Source of the DNA: Bugula neritina
Taxonomy: Eukaryota; Animalia; Bryozoa
Assembly (NCBI GenBank): GCA_964035545.1
Contig: OZ037767.1
Coordinates: 19,484,628 to 19,548,627 of the forward strand
DNA: 64,000 bases
Direction of reading: 5' to 3'
Shown here: one piece after another, positions 40,341 through 54,224 of the stretch
How the letters are laid out: every line of letters begins with the position of its first letter
Numbering within the stretch: position 1 is the first letter of the stretch
The notes under the pieces: generated by a model
Seen by the model: only the letters and a program-made list of their open reading frames with translations
Told to the model about the DNA's origin: nothing
Databases searched by the model: none
Translations under genes and position numbers: made by a program

Positions 40341-41823
40341 ATGCTAGAAGTAGAATGCTATACTACAATTTGCAGTAGATGCTAAGTATATTATTTCCTT
40401 ATACTTACATAGAGTAGTACAGGGGCTAATAAGTCATTAGCTTTCTTTCCTTGACCCATTTATCAACATAGGAAGACTGGTAGTTAAGGAAGTATTAGTG
40501 GTAGTGAGCATAATAGAGGAGTATAATAAGTAGAATAATCATAATAATAATCATGCCAGTAAAAAAACTAAAAAGGGCATTTTCTGGTCAACTGTCAAAC
40601 TTAGGGTAAGAATCGGAGTATCAGTATTACTCTTGGTCAAGCTTAAGTGTTTTGATGCATGGAACTAACTGGTTAAGTGGAGTTAGTAGCAATTAAAAAT
40701 GTTATTATTTTAATTCATATATTTTTTGTCCCTTTGACATTAACAACGTCAAGTTAGAATATTTTAATTTTGCCAATTAATGGCCCCACAAGATAATTTG
40801 TTTATGCTAGGCAAAAACTATTAACTTCAAAATTAACTATTGCCTATTACTATTACTATTTGCAATATTTATAGTGCAAAATTAGGTATAGCAAGGAAGA
40901 ATAAATTTATTGTACATTTTAAAATGCATAGTAGTAATGATAATAGAAAAAATAGTTACTTTAGTTATCCTAATGATTATAAAACTTGTGATTTGTTCCT
41001 TAAGCTTATTTTTACTGCCACAGCTGAAAGTATTCACATTATTTACTAATGCAATTTTGTTGACTTACTTTTTATTGATAAGTAACTCAACAACTAAATA
41101 ATTCCAATCAGTTTATTTTTCAGTAGGTATTTATTTTTTCTGTACTGTCAGTTTTGTGTGAGCTTAGACATTTGTTAAAATTTTATTTCGAAAAGCATAT
41201 GTCCAGTAAAAGCTGTCTGTGATATTGAGTAAACTTTTTAAAAATAATTAAAATAAAGATGCATAATTGAAAAAGTTTCTTGGTTTTTGTTGGTATTTTT
41301 ACACTACTGTGCAATTGATCATAATTTTTTAGTTTATTATTTGGCGGTTACTAGCCAATGACGCAAAACTTGTATAAATTTGAAAACCATATTTCTCTCT
41401 ACTATCAACAAAACTGTTCCATTGACATATTCTAAAAATCCTTTTGAGTAAAAGCTAAATATAGTATATAATTTTTACATTTTATAAAATTAATTTTACT
41501 TGCAAAGACATTTGTTTTAGTTAATCACTTTAAGAGCAAACTGTTAAATATAATTTGCAATTAACAAGCTGACCCCAAATATCAATCAAACTTTCATACA
41601 CACATATATAAAGAAGATGCTGATTGTTTTCTATTATATGTGGCTTTTAGATCAAGTTGCAATGTTTGCGATTTTTGTTGTGAATAAGTTTTTCATTGAA
41701 ATGTATTTATGCAGCTTCTCCAGATGATGTATGCAGTTATGTTGTAAAATCTCTTGTAATAATTGGGAACCAATAATTCTATTTTATGTGGCAATATTTT
41801 AATTTAGCATAAGTTGCTGCCAG

Positions 41824-44800
41824 ATGGCATTCTCAGCCAAGGAGGCTCACAGAGCTGCTACGTTTCAAAAGAAGCGGCAGAAAGAGCAGGAAGATCTGCA
41901 GCTGAAGAAGAAAAAGATCGAAGAGGAACTCCAAGTTGGCAGCATCAGTAACAAGTTTGCTGCTCATTACGATGCCATTGAACAGCAGCTCAAGTCAGAT
42001 ACAATTGGTATACTTCATTTTATGCTTGTAATAACACTTCTAATAACCTGGTTTAGTTTTTATTCAGATGATTTGCAATTGCAGTTGTTTTCTTTAAAGA
42101 AAGTTGTTGCTTTTGTTGAATAAGATTTAAACCAAAGTTTCAAAGCGTACTTTTGTTATTTGCTGCCAGTTTATTTGACATTTCTAGCAGTTGGTAAAAA
42201 TTAGTGATAGTTTGATGTTGAAAAATCAGTTGTGAATAGTTTAGTTCCCCTACAGCATGAAATAAACTCTCAGTTCAGGTATAGCTGACACTTGACATGT
42301 GCCACATAATATGTGTCATATGACATGTGATACAGGTTGCTCATGAAAAGTTGTGATTACTTGTTTCAGGTTTGGTGACTTTGGATGAGATGAAAGCAAA
42401 ACAAGAAGTAATGATTAAGGAAAGAGAAACACAGCTAGCTCAAAAAGAAAAAGAAGCTAGACTAAGTAAAGCAGAGTTGAAGAAGCAAAAAGCTAAAGAG
42501 AAGTCACAGGTGTGTATAATATATGATTAGCCCATAGCTAATAACTTTTTACAAATAATTCATAGCTAGTAATTAATAACTCACAGCTAGTAGCTCCCAA
42601 CTAGTAACTTGTAACTAATAATTCATAGCTGGTAACTCTTGACTAGTAACTAGTGGCAAGTAACTAGAGACTAGCAACTCATTGGTCGACTTTGGCAGAT
42701 AATTTCTCGTTGTTGCAAAGTCATGACCGTTTGCGGTGACATAAACTTGATGTTTGTAAACTGCAGATGTAGGCTGTTGTATGTATCATTAGTTGAGTGC
42801 CATACATGTGATGTTACTGAAACCGGTTGATGTACACCTGGTTAGGGCTATTACTCTGGTGTTATATATATGTTAGAAAGGAGCACTGTCGTTCCAACTG
42901 GAAGATGAGGATGATTGTGAAGATGGAGAAGACAATGAAGATAGTACAGAGACTGTTAATGAAAAGAAACGACTTGGTCAGTTCTCGTCTGTTTAATCAC
43001 CTTTGATTGGGTTTTGTTTTCAGCTAGATGACAACATATTGTTCTAGGGTGTCTAACATTGCTGGGCTTGCTGTCATAATGCTATAATAGTAAAGCAGCT
43101 AAGCCATCCACATTTCTAGCTTATGGATAAACCAAATATAATGTAAAAGCTAAAATTGAAATACTTGTTGATAACCTGACTACTTTACTATTTTTGAGAT
43201 TCATAAAGAGTGTGTGTTGAAGGAATGAATCCCGATGTAGACACCAGTTTCTTACCTGATCGGGAGAGGGAAGAGGAAGAGAATCGGTTAAGGTACTGTC
43301 TTAGCCATAGTTATTAGTTCAATCAGCTGGGTTAAGGGGCGTGCTAAATAACCTTCCTAACTTTGCCTTCCTAAACCCAGATATTTATTTATCAACACTC
43401 TACCATGTTGGTTGTTGAATAATGTGAGTAATCTTGTATATAATAAGTAACTAACATTGAATTTTAGAGCTCAATTAGCTGCCGAGTGGAGACAGAAACA
43501 AGACGATATTAAGAATGAAGAGATCTTGGTTGTGTATTCATACTGGGATGGTAAAGGACACCGTAGGCAGGTGAGACAACTCCATATCCTACTATTATAC
43601 AACTTCATGTAGACTGTTTGATATAGTCTTCAGCACTTGTAGCAAGTGTTCAGATCAATGTGTTCAATTGAATAACAATAAATCCTTTTCAGAGGTCCCA
43701 ATATCCACTTTACAACTAGGAGTTGTGTCCTCCCAAGGTGAATAGGTTGAACCTTTGTATAAAGAACAAACACATTAAAAATTTGGCTGTTTGGCTGCTA
43801 CTTAAAATTCTAATTATGCTATAGAATTGCTCTGTTAGGAGATAGATATTTTGGTATAAGCACACATATTAGCAGTTCAAAAATTTTTTTAAAAATATTT
43901 CTTCATGAAGAATTTTAAAGAAAATAAACTTGAAAGCATTTTTGTGGTTTTGGTTACTAAGCAATGCTGAGGTGGCACTTCAGCATTGCTTAGTAACCAA
44001 AATCACAAAAATGAGTTCAAGTTTATTTTTTCAATAATTTTCATTTTGGGAGGACACAACTCTTAATTGTAAGGGGGACATTGGGGACCTCTGAAAAGGG
44101 TTTATTGAGTTTGTTTGAACTGATTTGACATAGATTGAATTGGACTTGCTGTTGCCTTAAACCATGTCTGGTATCCTCAATAGTACTCATTGCAACCGCT
44201 CTCTTCAATATCTACCCTATTATTCAGGTGAAGATGAAGAAAGGAAACAGCATATACCAATTCCTGCAGAGGTGTTTGGAGAATCTGAAAAAGGAAGATA
44301 TTTATGCTGAACTCAAAGTAGCCTCAGCTGATCAACTGATGTACGTTAAAGAAGACCTTATCCTTCCCCATCATTCAACATTCTTTGACTTTATAGTCAC
44401 TAAAGCTAGAGGTAATGCAGTTTTTTTTAAATTATTGACTTTCGTTTTCTAGTATTTTGATTTAGATGATCACATCATAACATAGCATATAATATCTTAG
44501 TTGTTTGAGAAAAATGAACAAAGTACCAGCCACAAGGATGGCAAACTATGGGTTTGATAAAATGCAAATCGTTTTCATCGGTAGGTTATTTTCTTGACTG
44601 AAGTTTAGTATTAGATAGTTACACTGATCCACACCTAGCCACTACAGGTATCATCAGGAACCATTATCAATGTGCAGTCAACCAGTAACTTCATAATAAT
44701 ACTTGAAGTTGCTATACATCTTGAGGGCTTGTTAGTAAGATGGAAGGTGAATAAGTCAGACAGGAAATGGGTCAGACAAGAAGTGAATCATAAAGCAGTA

Positions 44801-47800
44801 TTGTTTGTTTTACAGGTAAGAGCGGACCTCTATTTAACTTTGATGTTCAAGAAGATATTCGGATAAAATCTGATGCAGCTATTGAGAAGAACGAGAGCCA
44901 TGCAGGTGAGTTGACGGAGCTGCTCTCTGTTGTGGAAGTCCCTATATTTAGGATAATATAATTATTTTATATTTACAATAGGGTCATTCCGCGTCAACTC
45001 AACCAATGGCCCACGCCTTTGCGTCTCAGATTTTGTTCATATTTACACCAAATGGACCTACACATGTCCTGAGTACTATTCTTGAATATTTCTGGCCTGA
45101 CACAAAAAACTTTTTGAGAAACGACTATTTCCATGAACAAAGGTTGGGAAAAATTTTGAGGAAAATTTGCGATTTTTATTTTTAGACCAATTTGTAAACG
45201 TCCATATCTCAATCATTTTTTTAGACTGAGCCTTAAAATATGGTGTGTGATTTGATAACACCTATCAATTTGCACTAGTAGTAACCCATACTGCAGAATA
45301 CTTTGTGTGCATATATGCTAAGCCATTGAATATTGGCAAATTTTTGTGAATTTTGAAAAATTTCGAATATTTGCCACGTCACAAAAGGCGTTAATTTTTA
45401 TTTTACTCCCATAAATGTTTATCCATAAATAGTTGATTATGGTGACTTTATACTCCTTAATTTCTGTAATTTTGAAAATAATATTTTCCGAGATATAGAC
45501 ATCCAAAGTGAAGAAAATGTGAAAATTTGCCCAACTTCACAAGGATGTAACCCGATGTTTGAATATGGTAAAAATTTTTAAACAAGCATTTTCTGTAACG
45601 TCATTTAGTTTATTTTGTAGATTCATAAATTTGACCGTCCTTATATTGTCCAAACTTAAAGTAAATCGCACGGAAAAATGGTATGCATACGAAAATCGGC
45701 AAAATGCAATTTTTCAATGTAATATGTTGGGATCATACATTTTTTATCATTCATATTGTTCAAAATATCAAGTAGATACATATATGTTTCCTATATATGT
45801 CAAATCTTTCTGTCTGGGTGTAGTTCCCATAGATCCCTGAGCCGTTAGCCTGGTAGAACCAGTTACCAGTGGTGACCACGAGGACGTGCCTCAGAGTCTT
45901 GATGATTGGTGACTTTACCAGTTAGTACTGGCACTTCGTCGCCTCAGCATCCTTGGTGTGTCTTCCTTCACTTTAGTAAGTTTGGCAGACATCCACCACC
46001 ATCTACTGAAGATTACAATAAAATCTGATTTGTGTGTAATAGCGTGAGAAAAATTCTGCCGGTTGGCATTATATGATATTCCCAGTAAGTTTCAGGTAGC
46101 AATTGTTATTTCTGTGAGTGAATGGTGTGAAACAGCTGAAATCTTGCTGGAATCAAGTACATTAAGTAGCTGAAGCAAGGGTGGCTTAAAATACATGCCC
46201 AAATATAACACCATGGCCCTGAACACAATAGGCCGAATTAGGTCAACTAGGTCAATTAGGTGTTATCAAATCACACACCAAATTTTAAGGCTCAGTCTAA
46301 AAAAATGATTGAGATATGGACGTTTACAAATTGGTCTAAAAGTAAAAATCACAAATTTTCCTCAAAATTTTTCCCAACCTTTGTTCATGGAAATATTCAT
46401 TTCTCAAAAAGTTTTTGTGTCAGGCCAGAAATATTCACGAATAGTACTCAGGACATGTGTAGGTCCATTTGGTGTAAATATGAACAAAATCTGAGACGCA
46501 AAGGCGTGGGACTTTCTGAAATTTGGTTGATTTGACACGGAATGACCCAATAGTTATCCAACTCTAGCTAACTTATCGAGTGTATTACTCATACTAATTA
46601 GACATGAAATTTAAATAGTTGCGTTTAATTACTACATGAATTTGTATAACTGTAAACCTTACTTAAATTCTGGTTTCGGTTGCAATATTTTGTCAATGCG
46701 TAGGTTGCCATAAACTACTATCAAACATTGACACTTTTGTAACTGGGAGTTGTTTTATCGTGATATTTGTAACCTGACGTCATGTAAGCATCTACAGTTA
46801 GCAATCAAAGTAACAATCAGATATGGATTATATTTCATCTAAACTTTGCCTGTATGAATAATAGGTCATCAGTTCTAGCTTATTGTGTTAATAAGTATTC
46901 TAGATATTCTATAGACTATACATTGCTGTAGGTAAGGTTGTCTATAGACTATACGTTGCTGTAAATAAGGTTGTCTATAGACTATACATTGCTGTAGGTA
47001 AGGTTGTATATAGACTATACATTGCTGTAGGTAAGGTTGTCTATAGACTATACATTGCTGTAGGTAAGGTTGTCTATAGACTATACGTTGCTGTAGGTAA
47101 GGTTGTCTATAGACTATACGTTGCTGTAGGTAAGGTTGTCTATAGACTATACATTGCTGTAGGTAAGGTTGTCTATAGACTATACATTGCTGTAGGTAAG
47201 GTTGTCTATAGACTATAGACTGCTGTAGGTAAGGTTGTCTATAGACTATACGTTGCTGTAGGTAAGGTTGTCTATAGACTATACGTTGCTGTAGGTAAGG
47301 TTGTCTATAGACTATACATTGCTGTAGGTAAGATTGTCTATAGACTATACATTGCTGTAGGTAAGATTGTCTATAGACTATACATTGCTGTAGGTAAGGT
47401 TGTCTATAGACTATACATTGCTGTAGGTAAGGTTGTCTATAGACTATACATTGCTGTAGGTAAGGTTGTCTATAGACTATACATTGCTGTAGGTAAGGTT
47501 GTCTATAGACTATACATTGCTGTAGGTAAGATTGTCTATAGACTATACATTGCTGTAGGTAAGGTTGTCTATAGACTATACGTTGCTGTAGGTAAGGTTG
47601 TCTATAGACTATACGTTGCTGTAGGTAAGATTGTCTATAGACTATACACTGCTGTAAGTAAGGTTGTCTATAGACTATACATTGCTGTAGGTAAGGTTGT
47701 CTATAGACTATACGTTGCTGTAGGTAAGGTTGTCTATAGACTATACATTGCTGTAGGTAAGATTGTCTATAGACTATACATTGCTGTAGGTAAGGTTGTC

Positions 47801-48028
47801 TATAGACTATACGTTGCTGTAGGTAAGGTTGTCTATAGACTATACGTTGCTGTAGGTAAGGTTGTCTATAGACCATACATTGCTGTAGGTAAGGTTGTCA
47901 TGAGAACCTGGTATGAAAGACACAAACACATTTTCCCCGCTTGTCGCTGGGAGGTGTTTGATCCGGAGAAGAAGTGGGATAACTACTCCGTGTCTGACAA
48001 GGAGAAAAGTAAATTCACAGTCAAGTGA
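41824..48028 (+). CDS. FAM50: FAM50 / XAP5 family nuclear splicing-associated protein
   Basis: Exons 41824-42007, 42370-42509, 42877-42976, 43223-43292, 43468-43570, 44228-44411, 44816-44905, 47889-48028. Hallmark motifs: [110 protein letters not shown]. Confidence 0.95.
43676..44107. mobile_element. MITE-like element in FAM50 intron 5 with ~65-bp TIRs and an internal hairpin
   Basis: CAATAAATCCTTTTCAGAGGTCCCAAT..GTTGTGTCCTCCCAA is mirrored at ~44045-44107. A second ~50-bp stem lies at 43921-44029. No clear TSD. Confidence 0.7.
44981..46548. mobile_element. Long-TIR non-autonomous DNA transposon (Sola2-like) in FAM50 intron 7
   Basis: ~285-bp TIRs (44981-45264 vs 46257-46548) with termini GGGTCATTCC / GGAATGACCC. 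4-bp AT-rich TSD AATA (44977-44980, 46549-46552). The superfamily is inferred only from the termini and TSD. Confidence 0.82.
46909..47899 (+). repeat. 30 x 33-bp tandem repeat made of the FAM50 last-intron acceptor plus the first bases of the last exon
   Basis: Unit CTATAGACTATACATTGCTGTAG|GTAAGGTTGT. The final unit runs directly into the terminal exon (GT AAG GTT GTC ATG AGA ACC TGG). Confidence 0.97.
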
Positions 48029-51000
48029 TGAGAAAAAAACACGGTGGGGAAGTCTCCATATGCATAATATGGAGTAACAGGAAGTGATACTAGAGCTGTT
48101 GCTTAGCAACATACCAACTATCATCTATCTGACTTGGATTTGGTTAAACAAAACTCAGTCGAAAACTTTTTCTTGAGTTTTGATGTAGATTTTGTTGAGG
48201 GCTTTCATTTATTGGTACTCTCTTGTAAATATTGCAACCATTTGCATTTTAATGATGTTGTAACCTTTCTATATCATGTACATATTGCAACATCCTTTTG
48301 TATTTTTTAGTTGTAAAAATGTTTTGGCTAATTTATGCAATATAATAATGTAATGAGATAATATAATAATATCAAATACTAAAACTCACAGCCTTTAAAT
48401 TATTGCAAATACTGAATATCTTATAAACAATGAAGCAGCCAATCTGCACCCCTTTCAATAATTACTTTCCATCAAATTACTAACTTTTGTCTAACAACTT
48501 TGTGCCATGCATAGGAGTTGTCATACTTGTATGTTGAGCCAACTTGGAGTATGTAGAAGCAGCTGCAACAAAAACGGCATACATGATTAATTCTATGTGC
48601 ATAGAACATAGTAAGTTTGAATGCAACTAAAAGTTTCTATTTCTAGTTATATAACACAGGAGCTTTGCTACAGGCATATCTTGGTGCTATGCATGGCTAG
48701 ATATTTTGTATTCCCCACAAAGTAAGAATAAAGGCTAAGCACTTACAGTATGTACTAACTATAACTTGGTGTTTTATATATTAATATAACTTGATTTTAT
48801 ATACTCGTACTTTGGCTCCATATTCTATAAATTCAAATATTTTCTTAAATCGATTAGCAATCAACATAAACTATATAATATAATCCAATCATGTTTTATT
48901 AGGTTATTTTTCATGTAGAAACTACTGCAGCGACTGATACGTACATTAACTATAAATACGCAATAATATAATCTAGTTGATGCAGTAAATGGCCTAGTCA
49001 AGGCACAAAGGGGTACACAATCATTTATATAATATAATATATAATCAGCATCAGCTCTTGCAAAAGTTTAGATTAAATTTGTGATGTATTAAACCATGCC
49101 AAAAGCACTTTTAATTGCTCAGAACTTACAGTAGTTACTTCAATGAAGTTTATTATCTCTTTTTAATGCAAGTATTACAATATGTTTAAATATTACATAT
49201 TTCTAAGCATATCGGTCAAATAATAATAATTTATTGCTTATTTTTAAAGTGCAGGGTTGCATAAGCTAAAAGATTTATTACCTAAAACTTTACTCTAAGA
49301 AACATTATCTTTACAATAACTAATACATGTTTTATGCAATCATACACATCACCTTACTGTATCACATTATCCTCCCATTACACAAAAGTTTAATATCTTT
49401 TACTATTGCAAGAATATTATTTGTTGCATAAGTTTAAAATGCACTGAAATATACAGCCACATATGTAAAAGTTGCAATTGTATTTATAAAATTGCATACA
49501 AAAATTTGCAAGTTGACTAAAAGATTTATTGCGAAGAGATTATTGAATGCAGATATTTGAAGTGTTGATTAGAAGAAAACTCAAATTTTGACCTTTTTCA
49601 GAGCTTTATTAGGAACATTATTTAGCTTTTGTAGAAATTAATTATAATTCTTGACTTATAATCATTTAAAATGACATCATTATTTAACATTATTTTATGT
49701 AGTGCAGTACTATATCATCACTAAGTATTAGAGTTCCCACAGGTCTCAGTTGGTTGGCCGACTCACATACTTCTCTGGCGTCAGCTCTTGCAGGTTTCCC
49801 TATAAACCTGCATACTGACATGAAGCTATTTATTCAAACACATAATTGAGTCTCAGTATGAGCAACTGACATGACTATGGCTGGCATTGTTCAAAGTGCT
49901 GATTTGATGCTTCACTTGTGTATTGCATTCATACATTATCTGTCTGAGAGGTTAGATGTTATTATGTAAGAATTTCGCCTTCGAATAAGATCCGAGCAGC
50001 TGTTACTGTGACTTGTACGATTACGTTTTGACATGACTTTTAACTGGCTACCTGCGTAAGCGGATTGTGCTCAAGCTTTTGAATTCTTATTAACTGTCTT
50101 TTGTCAAATAAATAATATCAATTTTATATCTGGTTAGAAGATTTGAATTATAAATTGAAGCGTTTTATTTAAATTGTTGAAATATATTTTGCAAATCTCC
50201 GATTGCATTGTTAACCAATAAACAACTTATAACACTCGAGGGCAGTTCAGTGTCCAAGCGCCGAGACAGATGGAAACACAGTTTTGTAATTTGTAAGTCA
50301 TTATGCATTAAATTAATGCTTTCAAAAAGACAATTGAAAACGTTTAGAATATAAAATAGTAATGTGGCTCTGTCAAACGAATTTAATAAATTAAAGCCCT
50401 GCTTGCAGAAAACAAAGTAAATACTGCATAGCCGATGTAAGTAATGATACAGATTAGTTGTGCATTCTCTTATTTTACAGGAAATGTAGGTTGAATTTTA
50501 AATTAAATAATTAGTTTATTAAATTTCTAATGCAAAGTTATTTTTGGAAAATTATACAATTTTCAATAAAGTTTGGAGTAAGGTGTTTTCTAACAATTAT
50601 TGCTTTTCTAGTCTAACATTTGCTTTTTACTAGCAAAATTTTATTTCAGGAACTGAAATGTGGCATATTGCCTTTGACAAAATGATTTGCATCAAATAAA
50701 TATATAGCAATAAATTGCAACATTTCTTTTTCCTGGATAAATGATCAAGCGTTTTAGATATGATGTAACGTATGACCAGGACAATTGTTGGCATATGTTA
50801 AGGACTACCTTGTCAATATATACTATGCCTGATTCCCATGTCAAACTAAACTTGTTAATAAGCAATTTAAATATTTTTATTGTTGAAGAAACACATAAAG
50901 TCTTTATTATAATACAATATGCTACAAGCAATACCAATTAGCTATGCGTTACCAGCCAATTTCAAAGTTACTTCATGACATTGCTGTCAGAAACATTTCG

Positions 51001-54000
51001 TTCAGCTTCAAATGATTGACATGTGGAATGCATTCAACACAATGACACAGCCTAGCCATGGCGTATCAACTCGAAGAAAGTCATCACTTTCGAGTGTCCT
51101 TCAAACTCGAGTCAGGGCTGTAAAACAATTTTTTCTATTCTTTCTGAGAATTTTCAGGGTATAATAGACTGCTAATATATTATTGTCTAATTACTCATGT
51201 ATTTTCTGTTGAGTGGATTGTTATATAATATTTAAACAATATTTGGCATTTGAACGTCTGGCTCTAGTGTATGTTGCCCATTCTCTACCCAGACAGTTCA
51301 ATTTAATCCACCCACCACTTCAAGTTGCAACCGTTTGACAAGCTCAAACACAATGCAGCATTCAGACTGTGTTGGCTGCATAAAACTAGTGACGAGCACT
51401 AATAAGTTTACAAAACCTGAGAAATTTATAGTTTTATATTAAATATCAATAACAAACTATTGATGAAATCAGGAGGTTGTCTTCCAAAAATGTGCCGATA
51501 TTGCAGTCAGTAATGTCAGTGAGCAAGTAATCAGTTTTGCAACAGAAATACATAAAATACTTGTGTTTATACTTGTGTTTATATTACTTTATTAAACAAG
51601 ATAAACTGATATGTGCTACAAAGTTGTGCAAATAATAAGATATGCAATTAATAGAATTCAGCTTAGGAACTGCAAGGCACAGAAGCGTTAGAAATCTCAG
51701 AAGAATGAGTTGCCAATTTTATTGTTTACAAGTTTGTCTTTTATATATCAGGAGATATGTTGCTATATATACAAGAGATGTTGCTATGCAAATATTAAGG
51801 TGTGCAGTGAAAGCATCATAACATGCTATTGCATTGTGTCAATTGATGGTTATAATATTACATATTAGGCCACTTTCTTGCTTACTTCAAATTAACTGGC
51901 TTGTACAAATCACTGGAGCAGTCAAGTTTCTGCTGTTACTATTTCTACCAATTTTCTTTAATTGCGCTAATCTTTATATTAATTGAAAGGAAAGTATTTA
52001 ATTAGCTGTCCACATAGCTCCTTGTATTTGTGTATCAGAAATAACTTAACATATCTAACACGGTGTCTGTCAAGTGGGTCAACTTAAGTGATAAACTGTT
52101 GTAAATCAACTGCTAACAATTATAGCCTCTCCAGTCACACAGTTTCACTGTGATTAGTGGTGTAAATTATCAACCAGCCAATATCTCTTTAGCCAGTAGA
52201 ATGCTGAATGTTATGCCACTTGGAGCTGGTAAACCATGGGGTTCAATAATAATTGTATCAGATGATATTTTAGCCTACAACTACAATTGGAGGTGAGAAA
52301 GTTACAAATCATCTGGTAAAATGTTAACCACTTGCTGTGAAAATATAATGACTTTATCTTTTTATTTCTTACTAATTGCCACACAAACAAAAGCTGAATG
52401 AAAAACAATTATTTATGAAGAAGACAATTTGTATAAAGGGATTAGTTATAGAGAAGAATAAGCAGCATTCTGTAATTATAACAGCTTCAACAATCATCTC
52501 TATAGATAAAATACCATAGCATATTAAACTAGGCATGGTTATTAAAACTAAAATAGAGAGTAATTATAGCTCATTTCAGATTATGGCTTCCCATCAACCA
52601 TGCACTGGATCATATTACCAATATTTTCAGTTTACTAAATATTCTTAGTAAATCTGTTTAGAACAGCAGCGGCATTCCTAGAACGTTTATTGCCTTGTGT
52701 TGATAAAACAATCCCTTTTTATGTTGAATGAAAGATGCAAATTAAAACAAACAACTTCCAGTAAGATTAAACTACAAATTAGATACAAAGAATGTGTTTC
52801 AATGTTCAGAGGGACCAAAATATTGAGCTCATTATTCTAAAGGCAGGTGTAGCTGGCCATAAGGTGCAGTAGCAGCGTAACCATCACACCGATGACTAAT
52901 ATCAGGTGAGAAAAATCACGAAACGTTGATAAGTTTTTGGTTATCAATACACATGCACCGAGTGACCCGCTTTACCAATCAGCACTGCAGTTCACATGTT
53001 TAATAAGTCATTAGAAAGATTGCTCCATGAACTCAAAGCTGAAAAATCACATCCTGTGACTATGCAGTGCACCGTCGTGAGTGTAAATCAACAAATAGAC
53101 ACTGCGAACGAATGCTGCCAAGTAGGTTCTGTCCCATGAGATCTGGTATCAAGAGAAGGCAGCGCCTTTAATAGTATAAGCCATGTCAGCGCTATAAAAA
53201 TATCTCGTCATCACCAAAGCAAATCTGCATCGCGTAATTTGGTCTGCAGTGTATTGTAGAAAGCCAACACCTTCATATGTACTTAAATGTTACAAAACTA
53301 TTTTTATTAATTTGAAACTACTTTATCAAGTAAATATTGCATTATGGAATAAATAGCAATATAAATATTGTAGTATAAACAAAAAACTTTGAAATTGTTT
53401 AACATTACATAATATGCAAATGAATATTGCTTTTATGTTGTCTATTTTTTACTACTAATTGTGCACACACTACATTACAATAATTAAATGGTAGAAGAAA
53501 TAAAATTTTTTATCTTGCGGGTCAGCTTAGGAGAATATTTTTAATCAACAAGTCTATCAAGAGATAAAACTTTTCTATTTATCCACAATCCTAAACTATA
53601 TGACACACTGGAAATAATTTAACATTAATTTTAAAGTTTTGAAATTTATTTTGATTTTATAGGGCTATCAAAATAATGAAAAGAAATTATAGCAGTCAGT
53701 GTGCAAAAACTTGCTAAAATGTATTTATAATTTGTTAAAAAATTCAAATTCTTTATAAAATTTCTACAATTTGTTTCAAATAACTTTTTTAACAAACTTA
53801 ACTTTTATGAAGCTTGTGAGATATTTTCAAAACTGTTTGCCTATCAACTTTTCTTAAGCAATTTTTTAGTATTGTGTCCAACAGTTGGACTGTGAGACAA
53901 AGTGTGTTTGAAATGTGGTCTAAGTCAAAGAATTATTCAGATATTTATTCTTCTTTTTTATTGGTTGTTGGAGAAATAAAACCATCGTATGCTCGAAGGC

Positions 54001-54224
54001 CGCAGCTACTCATACAAAGGATCGACTTTTGCTCTTACCTTTTGTATTATACAAGTGCAATTCATACAGGCACATTGTCATTTGACAAATCAGATTGCAA
54101 TAATAAAAGTATATATGGTCTGCAATTCACACGCCTTTTCATTTCAGTTCTATACGCCGTCAATTGTACAAGTCACCACGTCTTAACCTCTAAATTTAGA
54201 GATAGATCTGAAATATTCTATGAA

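Noticed and set aside
44994-46535. Paired ORFs MRYGRLQIG.. / MLSNHTP.. on opposite strands
   Set aside because: They are mirror products of the long TIRs and show no transposase motifs.
46875-47876. 333-aa minus-strand ORF ([11 protein letters not shown] repeats)
   Set aside because: It is the antisense reading of the 33-bp tandem repeat. It is open only because the unit is a multiple of 3 with no stop in that frame, and there is no independent gene signal.
46909-47899. CRISPR array
   Set aside because: The units are contiguous with no unique spacers, in a eukaryotic intron with no cas genes.
50290-54180. AAGTCA hexamers upstream of NR2E1 as autoregulatory sites
   Set aside because: A 6-mer is expected this often in AT-rich DNA, and no clustering can be demonstrated without conservation data.
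53874-54224. N-terminal extension of NR2E1 suggested by the 152-aa ORF
   Set aside because: It begins at a GTG; the first in-frame ATG giving a plausible short tailless N-terminus is at 54225. An upstream in-frame ATG (~53913) cannot be excluded without transcripts.
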